From NCBI GenBank assembly GCA_039587755.1, contig JBDHBD010000012.1:12030-76029 (forward strand): a DNA stretch of 64,000 nucleotides. Direction: 5' to 3'. Made by a program: the position numbers and the translations under genes. Source of the stretch: Gemmatimonadota bacterium. GTDB taxonomy: Bacteria > Gemmatimonadota > Gemmatimonadetes > Palauibacterales > Palauibacteraceae. A model generated the notes under the pieces. It saw nothing but the letters and a program-made list of their open reading frames with translations. It was not told the origin of the DNA and did no database searches. Position 1 is the stretch's first letter; the number at the start of each line of letters is the position of its first letter. Shown here piece after piece: positions 18,933 through 27,674 of this stretch.

Positions 18933-19802
18933 ATGGATGTGTCGTTCGTGATCCGGCGGCGGCTGGAGGAGCTGGGGCTGGAGCAGAAGGACGTCGCCCG
19001 CGCCGCCGAAGTGACGGAGTCCTACATCTCCCAGCTGCTGACGCGGAGAAAGGCGCCGCCCGCTTCGAACCGCACCGACATCTACAGGAAGATGGAGAAG
19101 TTCCTGAAGCTCCCGAGCGGGGAGCTGGCGACTCTGGCGGATTTCCAGCGGAGGGAGGAGCTGAAGAGACAGCTGGGGGACGAGCCCGCCCCCCTGTTCC
19201 GGGAAGTCCGCGAGCTGATCCTCCGAAAATGCGATCCCGAGAAAGAACAGCAGGTGCGCGCGATCTTCCAGAAGCAGCCGTTCGGCGAGCTCGAGCAGCT
19301 CGTAATTCAGAAGCTGCTGGACGTGGTCAAGCGAGTGGCCAGGGATGAGCTGCAAGACGAGCTCTGGCTCCGCAGGGTGGCTCGGCTTAGCGGCCTAAGC
19401 TACGAAGAGATGCGGGTCAGCGTGCTTGAGTTCCTCGACACGGACATCTTCCACGTGTCCATCGAGAGCAGCCTCTCCTTCCTGGAACCACTGATCGAAT
19501 CCTGGGACATCGACCTCGCGACGTTCGCTCTCGAGGTCGTTCTGAACCGCCGGGTAGTCTCCGAGCCGGTGAAGAGATTCGAGTTCATCGAACGGGAATC
19601 CGGACAACCTTCCATCGAAGAGCCAGGGTTCAGGGAATTCCTCGAAGATCCTTCCCTCAGCGGCACCGCGACCGAGGAGGAGGTCGCTTTTCTGAGGAGG
19701 CTGACGTTCAAGGACAGGCGGCCTGCTCCCCTCTACTATTACCGGGAGTTACAGAACCTCAGAGACCCTCTCCATTTCGGCTGGCGCGGCCACGAACTGT
19801 GA
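18933..19802 (+). CDS. XRE-family HTH transcriptional regulator with an uncharacterised ~220-aa C-terminal domain
   Basis: The track ORF starts at 18801, but the ATG at 18933 is preceded by AAAGGGGG. The N-terminus MDVSFVIRRRLEELGLEQKDVARAAEVTESYISQLLTRRKAPP is a Cro/C1-type HTH. The rest is E/L/K/R-rich and unrecognised. Codon usage is visibly richer in AAG/GAG/AGG than in neighbouring genes. Confidence 0.65.
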   Translation: MDVSFVIRRRLEELGLEQKDVARAAEVTESYISQLLTRRKAPPASNRTDIYRKMEKFLKLPSGELATLADFQRREELKRQLGDEPAPLFREVRELILRKCDPEKEQQVRAIFQKQPFGELEQLVIQKLLDVVKRVARDELQDELWLRRVARLSGLSYEEMRVSVLEFLDTDIFHVSIESSLSFLEPLIESWDIDLATFALEVVLNRRVVSEPVKRFEFIERESGQPSIEEPGFREFLEDPSLSGTATEEEVAFLRRLTFKDRRPAPLYYYRELQNLRDPLHFGWRGHEL

Positions 19803-19902
19803 CACGCAACCGGCCGTGGAAGAGGCACGCTTCGGAGCCGGCCCGCGCCACAGGCCGCTATGTGAGCACTGCGGATGGCACATGCGGAGTGAGGGCGGTG
19901 GA

Positions 19903-21150
19903 TCACAACCCGTGCTGCTCCGCGTAGGCCACGAGCGCCTGGGTGAACAACTCCATCGGCGGTCGAACGAGTCCGGCGCCGATCTGCCCGACGCCCGGCT
20001 CACGGTGCGCGATGCCCGTGTTCACCCGCGGAGGCAGATCCAGCTCGACGACCTTGCGGATGTCGATTCCGGTGGGCGTGCCCCGAAAGTCGAGCGGCGG
20101 GATCGTGAAGTGCTCGTGCTCGGCCACGCAGATCTCGTACATCTCGAGCGTGGCGTGCAACGCATCCTGCGGAGTTCCGCTCACGAAGCTCACGATCGCC
20201 GGGGCTGCGGCCATGGCGAATCCGCCGATGCCGGCCGTCTCGGTGATCGTGCTGTCGCCGATGTCTGGATTCGCATCGGATGCGTCATACCCCGTGAAGT
20301 AGAGGCCGTCGGGAGTGTCCGCCGGGGCCGTGAACCACTGGTCGCCCAGCCCGCTCACACGGATCCCGAAGTCGGTTCCGTTGCGGGCCATGGTCGTCAC
20401 CACGGTGCTTTCTTCCACCCCGTGGGCCGCGTCGGCCATGCTCTTGCAGGCCGCCATCACGGGGTTGAGGACGCTGAGCGCGTTGTCTCCCAGGAAGCCC
20501 AGCACCTCCGATTCCACCGCGCTGTCCCTCACCGTCTTCGCGATGAGAGGCGACAGGAGCTTCAGAAACAGCAGTGAGCCCGCCTTGTTCCGGTTGTGGC
20601 CCTCGTCTCCCATGTGAAGGGCCTCGGCAAGCAGCGCCCGCAGGTCGATCCCCTCGCCTTCGGCCAGCGCGCCAGCCAGGACCGGGGCCATCACCCGGTT
20701 CATCCAGCGCAGCCTTTCGAGCACGTCCGAACTGTAGGCTCCGTAGCGAAGCACTTTCCCGTAGCCCTCGTTCAGGTTCGAGAAAGCCAGGTTGCCGTGA
20801 GTCACGTTCTCGACCACGTACACGGCCATCGAGGGCGAGGTAACGCCCGCCATTGGCCCGACCGCCTGGTGGTGGTGACACGGCTCCCACTCGACCCCGC
20901 CACCCTCGATGAGCGCGATCGCTTCCGCCTCGTCTTCCGCCAGGCCCTCGAAGAGCAACGCTCCGATCATCGCGCCCCGCAGGGGACCGGAGGTGCGCTC
21001 CCATTCGATCGGCGGGCCGGCGTGCAGCAGCAGCCGATCGTGCATGCCGGGAATCGTCTCCAGCGCCGTGGAGACGGTCGTGAGCGTCGGCCGGGCAGCC
21101 ATCATGCGCTCCACCGCGGTTCGATTCGCCTGCTCTATGTCCACGCTCAT
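19903..21150 (-). CDS. DUF1116 protein (YlbE/AllG-like; putative oxamate carbamoyltransferase subunit)
   Basis: Begins at the internal Met MSVDIEQANRTAVERMMAARP... (the track ORF extends to 21432). There is strong colinear similarity to E. coli YlbE: LLHAGPPIEWERTSGP, PCHHHQAVGPMAGVTSPSM, VVENVTHGNLAFSNLNEGYGKVLRYGAY, GIRVSGLGDQWFTAPADTP, NPDIGDSTITETAGIGGFAMAAAP, NTGIAHREPGVGQIGAG. Confidence 0.85.
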   Translation of the reverse strand: MSVDIEQANRTAVERMMAARPTLTTVSTALETIPGMHDRLLLHAGPPIEWERTSGPLRGAMIGALLFEGLAEDEAEAIALIEGGGVEWEPCHHHQAVGPMAGVTSPSMAVYVVENVTHGNLAFSNLNEGYGKVLRYGAYSSDVLERLRWMNRVMAPVLAGALAEGEGIDLRALLAEALHMGDEGHNRNKAGSLLFLKLLSPLIAKTVRDSAVESEVLGFLGDNALSVLNPVMAACKSMADAAHGVEESTVVTTMARNGTDFGIRVSGLGDQWFTAPADTPDGLYFTGYDASDANPDIGDSTITETAGIGGFAMAAAPAIVSFVSGTPQDALHATLEMYEICVAEHEHFTIPPLDFRGTPTGIDIRKVVELDLPPRVNTGIAHREPGVGQIGAGLVRPPMELFTQALVAYAEQHGL

Positions 21151-21161
21151 TGCCTCCGCTA

Positions 21162-22931
21162 CTACGTGCGCATCTTGTCGAGAATCGCCATGAGCCTCTC
21201 GTCCCCTCCGGCTGGCGGTCGCCAGTCGACGTGGAGCGCATCGGCCTGCTGAGCGACCAGGCTCTCGTAGAACGACTCGAGCCCGACGTTGATCGCGCTC
21301 ACGGGCGTCTGCAGGTCGGCCAGGTCGACCGGGTGGGGTGTCGGTGCAGTCTGGGGCGCGGGCATCTTCGGAATCGGCGCGGTCCGCGGCTGGTCCTCGA
21401 GCCACCGGCCGTGGACACCCAGCGGTCGGCACACCAGCTCGAGCGCTTCTCCGAGGTCGTGGCGCACCTGCGCCCCCGCTCGTGACAGGATGCTAGCCTG
21501 CGTTTCGGGATCCTGCGGATCCTCGTCGGTCCCGATCAACAGCGCCACAACCTCCAGATTCGGCTGCTTCGTGGCCGCCTCGATCGCCGGCGCGAGGGCG
21601 CTGGCGGGATCCGGATGCGCGCCATCCCCCAGCACCACATCCAGCAGTACGACGCTCACTTCGGGGTCGGCCACCTCTTGCTCGAGGCGCTTGATCCGCA
21701 GGTCATGGTCGATCATCGGGTGCGGCCGTCCCATCGTGAACTCGTCTGCACCGAGATCGAGTATCGTGTGCCCCGAGCTGCGGGACGGCTCAGGCAGCGG
21801 TTCGACGCGGTCGGCCCGGATGTTGGAGTGGAGCGGCAGCAGGTCGCGCAGCGTGAGCACCGCCTCGGACGCCAGCGTGCCGCCGGCGAACAGAGCGCGC
21901 AGATACCCGTCCCCGTATTCCGGAGCGGCCGATGTGGACGGGTCACGGTCCGACACGGCGACGCCCGGCTGCTTCCTGGCCCCGGGTCCCAGCAGCTCGA
22001 GAGCCCGGTCGGCCGCAGCGCGCAGGCTGGTGACAACGAGCACGGGTCCCCCTGCGGGCACCTCCGGTGCCTCGCCCAGAAAGTAGATGACGACGGGTTT
22101 CCCTGTCGCGCCCGCGGCTGTCAGTACCCGTCCGGCCACCTCGGGCGCGGGTGGCTTCGAGACGAGCACGATCGCTTGCGTATCGGGGTCGCGCGACAGG
22201 AGCTCGAGGCCCTGGAGGGCCGTGATCGCGCCGACTTCCGTCGACAGGTCGCGGCTGCCAGTTCCGATCGCATGTGACACACCGGCGCCTGCCTGGTGCA
22301 CATAGGTCGAAATGGCCTGAAGCCCGGTCCCCGAGGCCGCTAACAGGCCGACCCCGCCGCGTCGCACGCGGTTGGCGAACCCGAAGCCTACACCGTTCAC
22401 GATGGCCGTTCCGCAGTCCGGGCCCATCACCAGCAGACCGCTTTCCCGTGCGGACCGCTTGAGCGCGACCTCCTCCTCGAGTGGCACGTTGTCGCTGAAC
22501 AGAAAGACGTGGCGGTTCAGCTCGAGAGCGTCGCGAGCCACGCGTGCGGCGTGACGTCCCGGCACGGAGACGAGCACCCAGCGGGTCCTGGGCCTTTGTG
22601 TGGCAGCCGAAGCCAACGTTTTGGGGCGATACTCACCCGTTTCCGTCGCGCCACGACGGGCCAGGAACTCGTCCACCCGCCCGAGCGCCGCCGTGGCCGC
22701 TTCTTCACTCTCAGCCCGCACTACAAGCAGGAGGTCGGAGGGCCCGGGAGCTTCCGGGAGCGTATCCGGAAGCAGTTCGTTGTCTCTCAGCAGTGACAGA
22801 TTCTCCTTCGTCCCCATCACGGCGCCGGCATCTTCCACACCCGGCAGATCGGCCAGCGTGCTCTGGAGCTGCATGAGCACGATCGAGTCGCAGTAGACAC
22901 CCGGACGGAGATCGCTGCGCAGGACGCTCAC
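21162..22931 (-). CDS. fdrA: FdrA-family protein (AllF-like; acyl-CoA synthetase (NDP-forming)/succinyl-CoA synthetase alpha-like fold)
   Basis: Colinear with E. coli FdrA: VFLFSDNVPLEEEVALKRSARESGLLVMGPDCGTAIVNG, ASGTGLQ, SHAIGTGSRDLS, LVSKPPAPEV, TGKPVVIYFLG, FTMGRPHPMIDHDLR, VVLLDVVLGDGAHPDP. The stop lies 12 bp upstream of the DUF1116 start. The start overlaps the upstream gene by 4 bp. Confidence 0.85.
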   Translation of the reverse strand: MSVLRSDLRPGVYCDSIVLMQLQSTLADLPGVEDAGAVMGTKENLSLLRDNELLPDTLPEAPGPSDLLLVVRAESEEAATAALGRVDEFLARRGATETGEYRPKTLASAATQRPRTRWVLVSVPGRHAARVARDALELNRHVFLFSDNVPLEEEVALKRSARESGLLVMGPDCGTAIVNGVGFGFANRVRRGGVGLLAASGTGLQAISTYVHQAGAGVSHAIGTGSRDLSTEVGAITALQGLELLSRDPDTQAIVLVSKPPAPEVAGRVLTAAGATGKPVVIYFLGEAPEVPAGGPVLVVTSLRAAADRALELLGPGARKQPGVAVSDRDPSTSAAPEYGDGYLRALFAGGTLASEAVLTLRDLLPLHSNIRADRVEPLPEPSRSSGHTILDLGADEFTMGRPHPMIDHDLRIKRLEQEVADPEVSVVLLDVVLGDGAHPDPASALAPAIEAATKQPNLEVVALLIGTDEDPQDPETQASILSRAGAQVRHDLGEALELVCRPLGVHGRWLEDQPRTAPIPKMPAPQTAPTPHPVDLADLQTPVSAINVGLESFYESLVAQQADALHVDWRPPAGGDERLMAILDKMRT

Positions 22932-24337
22932 ACCACCTCGCTTGCATCGGGAAGGAATTGCCTGACCTCAGCGTTCCAGGCGTCGATTCTCCAATTCTGG
23001 CCCTGGACGGCCAGGGCTCCCGTATAGCCCTCGGCCGGGTCGAGGTGGAAGAGAGACCAGTCCGCCGCACGGCTCGCGTCGCCATCGATCGCCAGCAGCC
23101 GCGCAGGCTCATCCTGCGCGACGGTCACCTCCAGACGGCCCAGCGAACGAACGATGCTCTCGCCCATCGCCTTGGCGACAGCCTCCTTCCGCGTCCAGGC
23201 TCTCAGGAAGGCCTCCGTCGTCCGTACGGCTGGAGCGGCATTGATGGAGGTCCGCTCGCTAACGGAGAAGTAGCGGCGGGCGATCCGCTCCGCCTGGTCA
23301 ATCGGGCGGTTCCGCTCCACATCGACGCCGACACGGTGGGTGCGCGCGACCGCGACCAGCATCAACTCAGCCGAGTGGGAGAGGTTGAAGCCGATGTTCG
23401 CCTCAGCGGCCGTCCGCTCGTCGGCGACTTGTTCCAGCTCGGGCTTACCGAAGGGGCCGTCGCGGAACCGGAGACGCTCGGCCGGGAGACCGACATACGC
23501 CGCAAGCACGTGCCGCAGCAGTCCCCGGCTCAGCACACGCGCACGTCGCTGCCGGGCAAACCGCAGGCGGGCAATCTGCCTTCGCTCCTCCCCGGAGAGA
23601 CAGCGTTCGAGCACCCGCGCCAGGTCTTCCTCTACGTTCAGCGGCACGCTCCACAGGTGAACTTCGTCCTCGGTCAGTGTAAGCCGGGATATCGAGGTCT
23701 CGGCATACGGGCGAACCTCTATGTCTCGAGAAGGTCCACTGTCTTCGCGGATCCGACTCTTCCGATCGGCCTGCGAAGGCGGCTCAGGACGTGAGGAGAC
23801 CTTACGCTTCTTCACGGACTGTTTCACCGTGCGCACGGCCCGAGCGTACGTGGACCCGGAGGGAATCGAAAGCGCCTCGCAATCCGGTGTTGGAAGCACG
23901 TCCGTGCAGTTCCACAGCTGACCGAGGAGCGATTCCGCCGACACCGCGCGATCCTCTACGCGGAGCGAAGTGTCGAACGACCACCGGTCCGGAGCATCCG
24001 GAGAACCGGATCCGACCCAGCTCCTGAATGCGTCTCGGAGTGCAACCGGCGCGTGGCCTCCTCGCCGGGGCGAGTACGCCGTCTGGCCCCCACGCTCCGC
24101 TCTGTACAATTCCTGGCGCACTCGAAAACCGTACAGCTTGCAGACCTCTCCCCAACGCTCGAGGACGGTCGCGAGACGCTGCGCCAGCGCGGGCGAGGCT
24201 TCAATCTCTCCTGCTCCGACCCTCACCAGGGTGGTATGCGACACGCCCGCTTCACGCGCGAGGGCTCGCAGGGTCCCTGGAGCGTTCGCGACGGCATCGC
24301 GCACCGTCAGGGTGAGGTGAGTTTGGTCCTTCGCCAT
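22928..24337 (-). CDS. Fusion protein: N-terminal XRE-like HTH domain, a low-complexity linker, and a C-terminal Sfp/EntD-type 4'-phosphopantetheinyl transferase domain
   Basis: N-terminus: VRDAVANAPGTLRALAREAGVSHTTLVRVGAGEIEASPALAQRLATVLERW is an HTH_XRE-like pattern. C-terminus: ...FRDGPFGKPEL..., FNLSHSAELMLVAVARTHRVGVDVE and WTRKEAVAKAMG are the three Sfp-type PPTase motifs. This is one uninterrupted 469-aa ORF only 36 bp downstream of the preceding gene. It is translationally coupled (ATGA overlap) to fdrA. Confidence 0.7.
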   Translation of the reverse strand: MAKDQTHLTLTVRDAVANAPGTLRALAREAGVSHTTLVRVGAGEIEASPALAQRLATVLERWGEVCKLYGFRVRQELYRAERGGQTAYSPRRGGHAPVALRDAFRSWVGSGSPDAPDRWSFDTSLRVEDRAVSAESLLGQLWNCTDVLPTPDCEALSIPSGSTYARAVRTVKQSVKKRKVSSRPEPPSQADRKSRIREDSGPSRDIEVRPYAETSISRLTLTEDEVHLWSVPLNVEEDLARVLERCLSGEERRQIARLRFARQRRARVLSRGLLRHVLAAYVGLPAERLRFRDGPFGKPELEQVADERTAAEANIGFNLSHSAELMLVAVARTHRVGVDVERNRPIDQAERIARRYFSVSERTSINAAPAVRTTEAFLRAWTRKEAVAKAMGESIVRSLGRLEVTVAQDEPARLLAIDGDASRAADWSLFHLDPAEGYTGALAVQGQNWRIDAWNAEVRQFLPDASEVV

Positions 24338-24373
24338 GGTACACCAATACGGTGCACCATCGGACCACGCAAG

Positions 24374-25360
24374 CTAAGCGGTAGCCGCCCACTCGGCATG
24401 CTTCCGCACACCGAGCGCCATCGTGAAGGGGACCGCCATGACCAGCAACGGGAAGTACGCCGCGCCCGGCGGACGAAAACCGAAGAACGTGAGCACTGAT
24501 GGCACGATGGCCATCAGCAGACCGACGAGAATCACGCTCATCCCCGACGGCCACAACTCGCCCCGAGGCAACGTCGCCACCGTGTGGGTCACCATGAGCA
24601 CTGTGAGCACGAAGTACCCGAACATCACGATCGAGCCCGCGGGCCCGAACGCATGGTAGAACCTCGGATGGGTGATCAGCTCGATGACGAGGAGAACCAC
24701 GAACGCCAGCCACACGCCGAAGGTCGCTCCGGCGAAGATCTGATTCCGCGCCAGACGCTTCGGCTTCGGAAAGAGAAGAAAGAAGCGCAACATCAGCAGG
24801 ATCAGAAGAAACGTGGCGGCGAACTGGACGTGCGACGCCACTCCCTCCCAGGTGCCCATGTAGGGTCCGTGGCCCACGGTCGCGAGCCCGGCTGCCAGAC
24901 CGATGTAGGCCAGCGTCCGTGCGTGCGACGTCCCGACCAAGAACAGGGCCCACAAGCCGAAGACCATGAACGAAAGCCCGATCAGCCCGGCGCCGAGCCT
25001 CAAGTTCACTACACTCTGCGGGGTCCCTTCGTACGTCACATCGAAGGACAGGGTCTGCCCTTCCCGCTCCGCCGTGATTTGTCGCGACTCTCCGACCTTG
25101 GGTGTCAGCGAACGGGGCCAGCGAGAATAGAGGGGCAGCTCCTCGACCAGAATCCCCTGCACGCTGACCACGCGATCTCCGACCTGCAGCCCAGCCACCT
25201 CACCCGGCCCGTCGGGGGCGACGAAGTTGACCACGTACTGGGGACTGTACGTGAATCCGCCGCGACCGATCTGCAGCCTGTCGACGAAGCCTGCGACGCC
25301 CCATGCCGTGATGGCCACGGCCAAGCCGAGTAGCAGCATTCTGTTTTGAGGCGACTTCAT
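24374..25360 (-). CDS. Polytopic membrane protein with an N-terminal PDZ domain
   Basis: The start is probably MKSPQNRMLLLGLAVAITAW at 25360 (the track ORF extends to 25399). GLQVGDRVVSVQGILVEE is a PDZ-type segment. At least six TM helices follow. Confidence 0.6.
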   Translation of the reverse strand: MKSPQNRMLLLGLAVAITAWGVAGFVDRLQIGRGGFTYSPQYVVNFVAPDGPGEVAGLQVGDRVVSVQGILVEELPLYSRWPRSLTPKVGESRQITAEREGQTLSFDVTYEGTPQSVVNLRLGAGLIGLSFMVFGLWALFLVGTSHARTLAYIGLAAGLATVGHGPYMGTWEGVASHVQFAATFLLILLMLRFFLLFPKPKRLARNQIFAGATFGVWLAFVVLLVIELITHPRFYHAFGPAGSIVMFGYFVLTVLMVTHTVATLPRGELWPSGMSVILVGLLMAIVPSVLTFFGFRPPGAAYFPLLVMAVPFTMALGVRKHAEWAATA

Positions 25361-25408
25361 CTCTGATTCCCCCTTCGCTACTCCTCCACTCGTCGGCACT
25401 TCTCGTCG

Positions 25409-26554
25409 CTACTCCTCCACCGCTGTTCTCCGGAAGCGCAGGGTCGCGAAGCCGAGTAGTGCCACGCCCAGCAGCAGCAGTGCGACGAACTTGGGCCATA
25501 GCGGCTCGAATCCGACGCCTTTGAGAAAGATGTCCCGTACGATCTCGAGGTAATGTCGCACCGGGTTCAGCAGCGTCAGGTATTGGAAAGAGGTGGGCAT
25601 GCTGCTGACGGGGAAGAGAAAACCGGAGAGGACCATCGTCGGCATGAGCACCAGGAAGCTCCCCATGAAGGCCTCCTGCTGGGTCTTGGAGACGGTCGAG
25701 AGCAGAAGCCCGAGCCCGAGCCCGCAGCCTATATACAGCAGACTGGCTGCAAACAGAAGCAGGAAGCTGCCGCGAAACGGCACCTGGAACCACGCCAGCG
25801 CCACCGCTGTGACCAGCACGAGATCGATCAGGCCGATAATCCCGAACGGGATCGTCTTTCCCATGATCAGCTCGAACGGGTTGAGCGGGCTCACCTTGAG
25901 CTGTTCCAGGGTGCCGATCTCCCGCTCCCGCACCACGGCGAGCGAGGTGAGAAGCAGGCATACCAGCAGAATCAGAATCCCCGCGACGGCCGGTACGTTG
26001 TAGTTCTGGCTCACGAGATCAGGATTGAACCACGCCCTTTCCCGCAGATCGACGGGCAGGATCACCTGCATCGACGACGCACGCAGCCCGTAGCTTTGGA
26101 CGATTCGCTCCACATATCCCTGCGCGACCGACGCGATGTTCGAGTTCGTGCCGTCTATCAGCACCTGCACCTCGGCACGGCCTTCCCGGAGATCGCGCGC
26201 GAATCCGACCGGGATCTCGATGCCGACGATCGCGTCGCCGCGCTCCAGCGCCCGTACGAGGTCCGTCCCTCGCTCGGACCGCCCAACGACGTCGAAGTAA
26301 CCAGGAGCCGTCAGCGACTCGATTAGCTCACGCGAGGCAGCCGTGCGATCGTGGTCGACGACAAACGTCTTCGTCTTCCATAGATCCGTCTGCACGGCGT
26401 ACCCGAACACTGTGAGCTGAATGACCGGCGCGATGAAGATGACGCGCAGCATGCGCGAATCGCGGAACACCTGCCGGAATTCCTTCGCGACCAATCCCCA
26501 CACGCGCTCCACGCGCCGCCCGAGGCGCCCCCGGGCGTCGGTTGCAGTCGTCAT
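25409..26554 (-). CDS. ABC-2 family transporter permease
   Basis: The start at the internal Met MTTATDARG... (26554) overlaps the upstream permease stop (ATGA). The long track ORF to 27064 is a GC-rich extension. Shows the ABC-2 layout: a large periplasmic loop followed by six TM helices. Confidence 0.8.
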   Translation of the reverse strand: MTTATDARGRLGRRVERVWGLVAKEFRQVFRDSRMLRVIFIAPVIQLTVFGYAVQTDLWKTKTFVVDHDRTAASRELIESLTAPGYFDVVGRSERGTDLVRALERGDAIVGIEIPVGFARDLREGRAEVQVLIDGTNSNIASVAQGYVERIVQSYGLRASSMQVILPVDLRERAWFNPDLVSQNYNVPAVAGILILLVCLLLTSLAVVREREIGTLEQLKVSPLNPFELIMGKTIPFGIIGLIDLVLVTAVALAWFQVPFRGSFLLLFAASLLYIGCGLGLGLLLSTVSKTQQEAFMGSFLVLMPTMVLSGFLFPVSSMPTSFQYLTLLNPVRHYLEIVRDIFLKGVGFEPLWPKFVALLLLGVALLGFATLRFRRTAVEE

Positions 26555-27666
26555 CCCAGCTCCTTGCGGAACGCCCCGATCGCGGCGCTGAGCCCGACCA
26601 CGGCAAACGCGATCATCAACAGCCCCTCGACGTGCAGCACGCTGACGCCCACCCCCTTGAGGAAGATCCCGCGGGTCACGACCAGGAAGTAGCGCGCAGG
26701 GATCAGGTAGGTGATCAGCTGCAGTGCACGGGGCATGACGTCGATCGCGTACATGAAGCCAGACAGAAGGAAGGCTGGAAGAAACGTGGTCAGCAGCGCC
26801 ATCTGGGTCGCGAGCAGCTGATTCTTGGCCACGGCCGAGACGAACATCCCCAGGCTGAGCGAGCCGATGACGAACGCCAGAGAGAGGGGAATCAGGAGCG
26901 CGGCGCTGCCCCGGAAGGGCACCCCGAACAGCAGGACCCCGATGACGCTTACCAGAAAGATGTCCACGACGCCGATCGCCACGTAGGGCAGCAGTTTCCC
27001 CAGCACCACCTCCGAGCGGCGCACCGGCGTGGCGGCCAGCTGCTCCATCGTTCCCCGTTCCCACTCACGGGCGATCGTGAGCGAGGTGAGCATGGCAGCG
27101 ATGATCATCATGATGGTCGCCACGAGGCCGGGAACGATCATGTTCCGCGAGACGAGCTCCTCGTTATACCAGATTCGGGTCCGCGACTCGAGCGGCGCCC
27201 GGAAGCGTCTTCCCCGAAACAGGATCCGGCTCGAATACGAGGCGACGAGTGCCCGGGCGTAGCCCAGCGCGATCGTGGCCGTGTTCGCGTCGCTGCCGTC
27301 CACCACGACCTGGAGTCTGGCGGGGCGCCCCGCGTCCAGGTCACGACCGAAGTCGGGCGGGATCACGACCGCGATCAGCACGTGGCCGTGGTCGATCAGC
27401 CGATCTACATCGGCGGGCCGTTGCATCTGGGCCACGGGCGTGAAGTACCCCGAGGACCAGAACGAATCGAGCAGCTCCCGGCTGCGTGCGCTCCCATCCT
27501 GGTCGAGCATGGCGGTTCGGATGTCGTCCACGTCCCAGGTGATCGCGTACCCGAACAGGACGAGGAGCAAGGCCGGCAGGAAGAAGGCCATTAGCAGGCT
27601 TCGCGGATCACGGCGGAGCTGGATCGTCTCTTTACGGGCTACGGCCATCAGGCGACGCAGAGTCAT
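26551..27666 (-). CDS. ABC-2 family transporter permease (second paralogue)
   Basis: MTLRRLMAVARKETIQLRRDPRSLLMAFFLPALLLVLFGY... is a typical ABC-2 (YbhS/YbhR-like) permease. Confidence 0.8.
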   Translation of the reverse strand: MTLRRLMAVARKETIQLRRDPRSLLMAFFLPALLLVLFGYAITWDVDDIRTAMLDQDGSARSRELLDSFWSSGYFTPVAQMQRPADVDRLIDHGHVLIAVVIPPDFGRDLDAGRPARLQVVVDGSDANTATIALGYARALVASYSSRILFRGRRFRAPLESRTRIWYNEELVSRNMIVPGLVATIMMIIAAMLTSLTIAREWERGTMEQLAATPVRRSEVVLGKLLPYVAIGVVDIFLVSVIGVLLFGVPFRGSAALLIPLSLAFVIGSLSLGMFVSAVAKNQLLATQMALLTTFLPAFLLSGFMYAIDVMPRALQLITYLIPARYFLVVTRGIFLKGVGVSVLHVEGLLMIAFAVVGLSAAIGAFRKELG

Positions 27667-27674
27667 CGCACGCC

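Noticed and set aside
21151-21432. N-terminal extension of the DUF1116 ORF back to 21432 (MPTAGCPRPVARG...)
   Set aside because: It would overlap most of the 3' end of fdrA. E. coli YlbE aligns starting at the internal Met at 21150.
22958-23794. 278-aa plus-strand ORF
   Set aside because: Antisense to the PPTase domain, whose three catalytic motifs are unmistakable on the minus strand.
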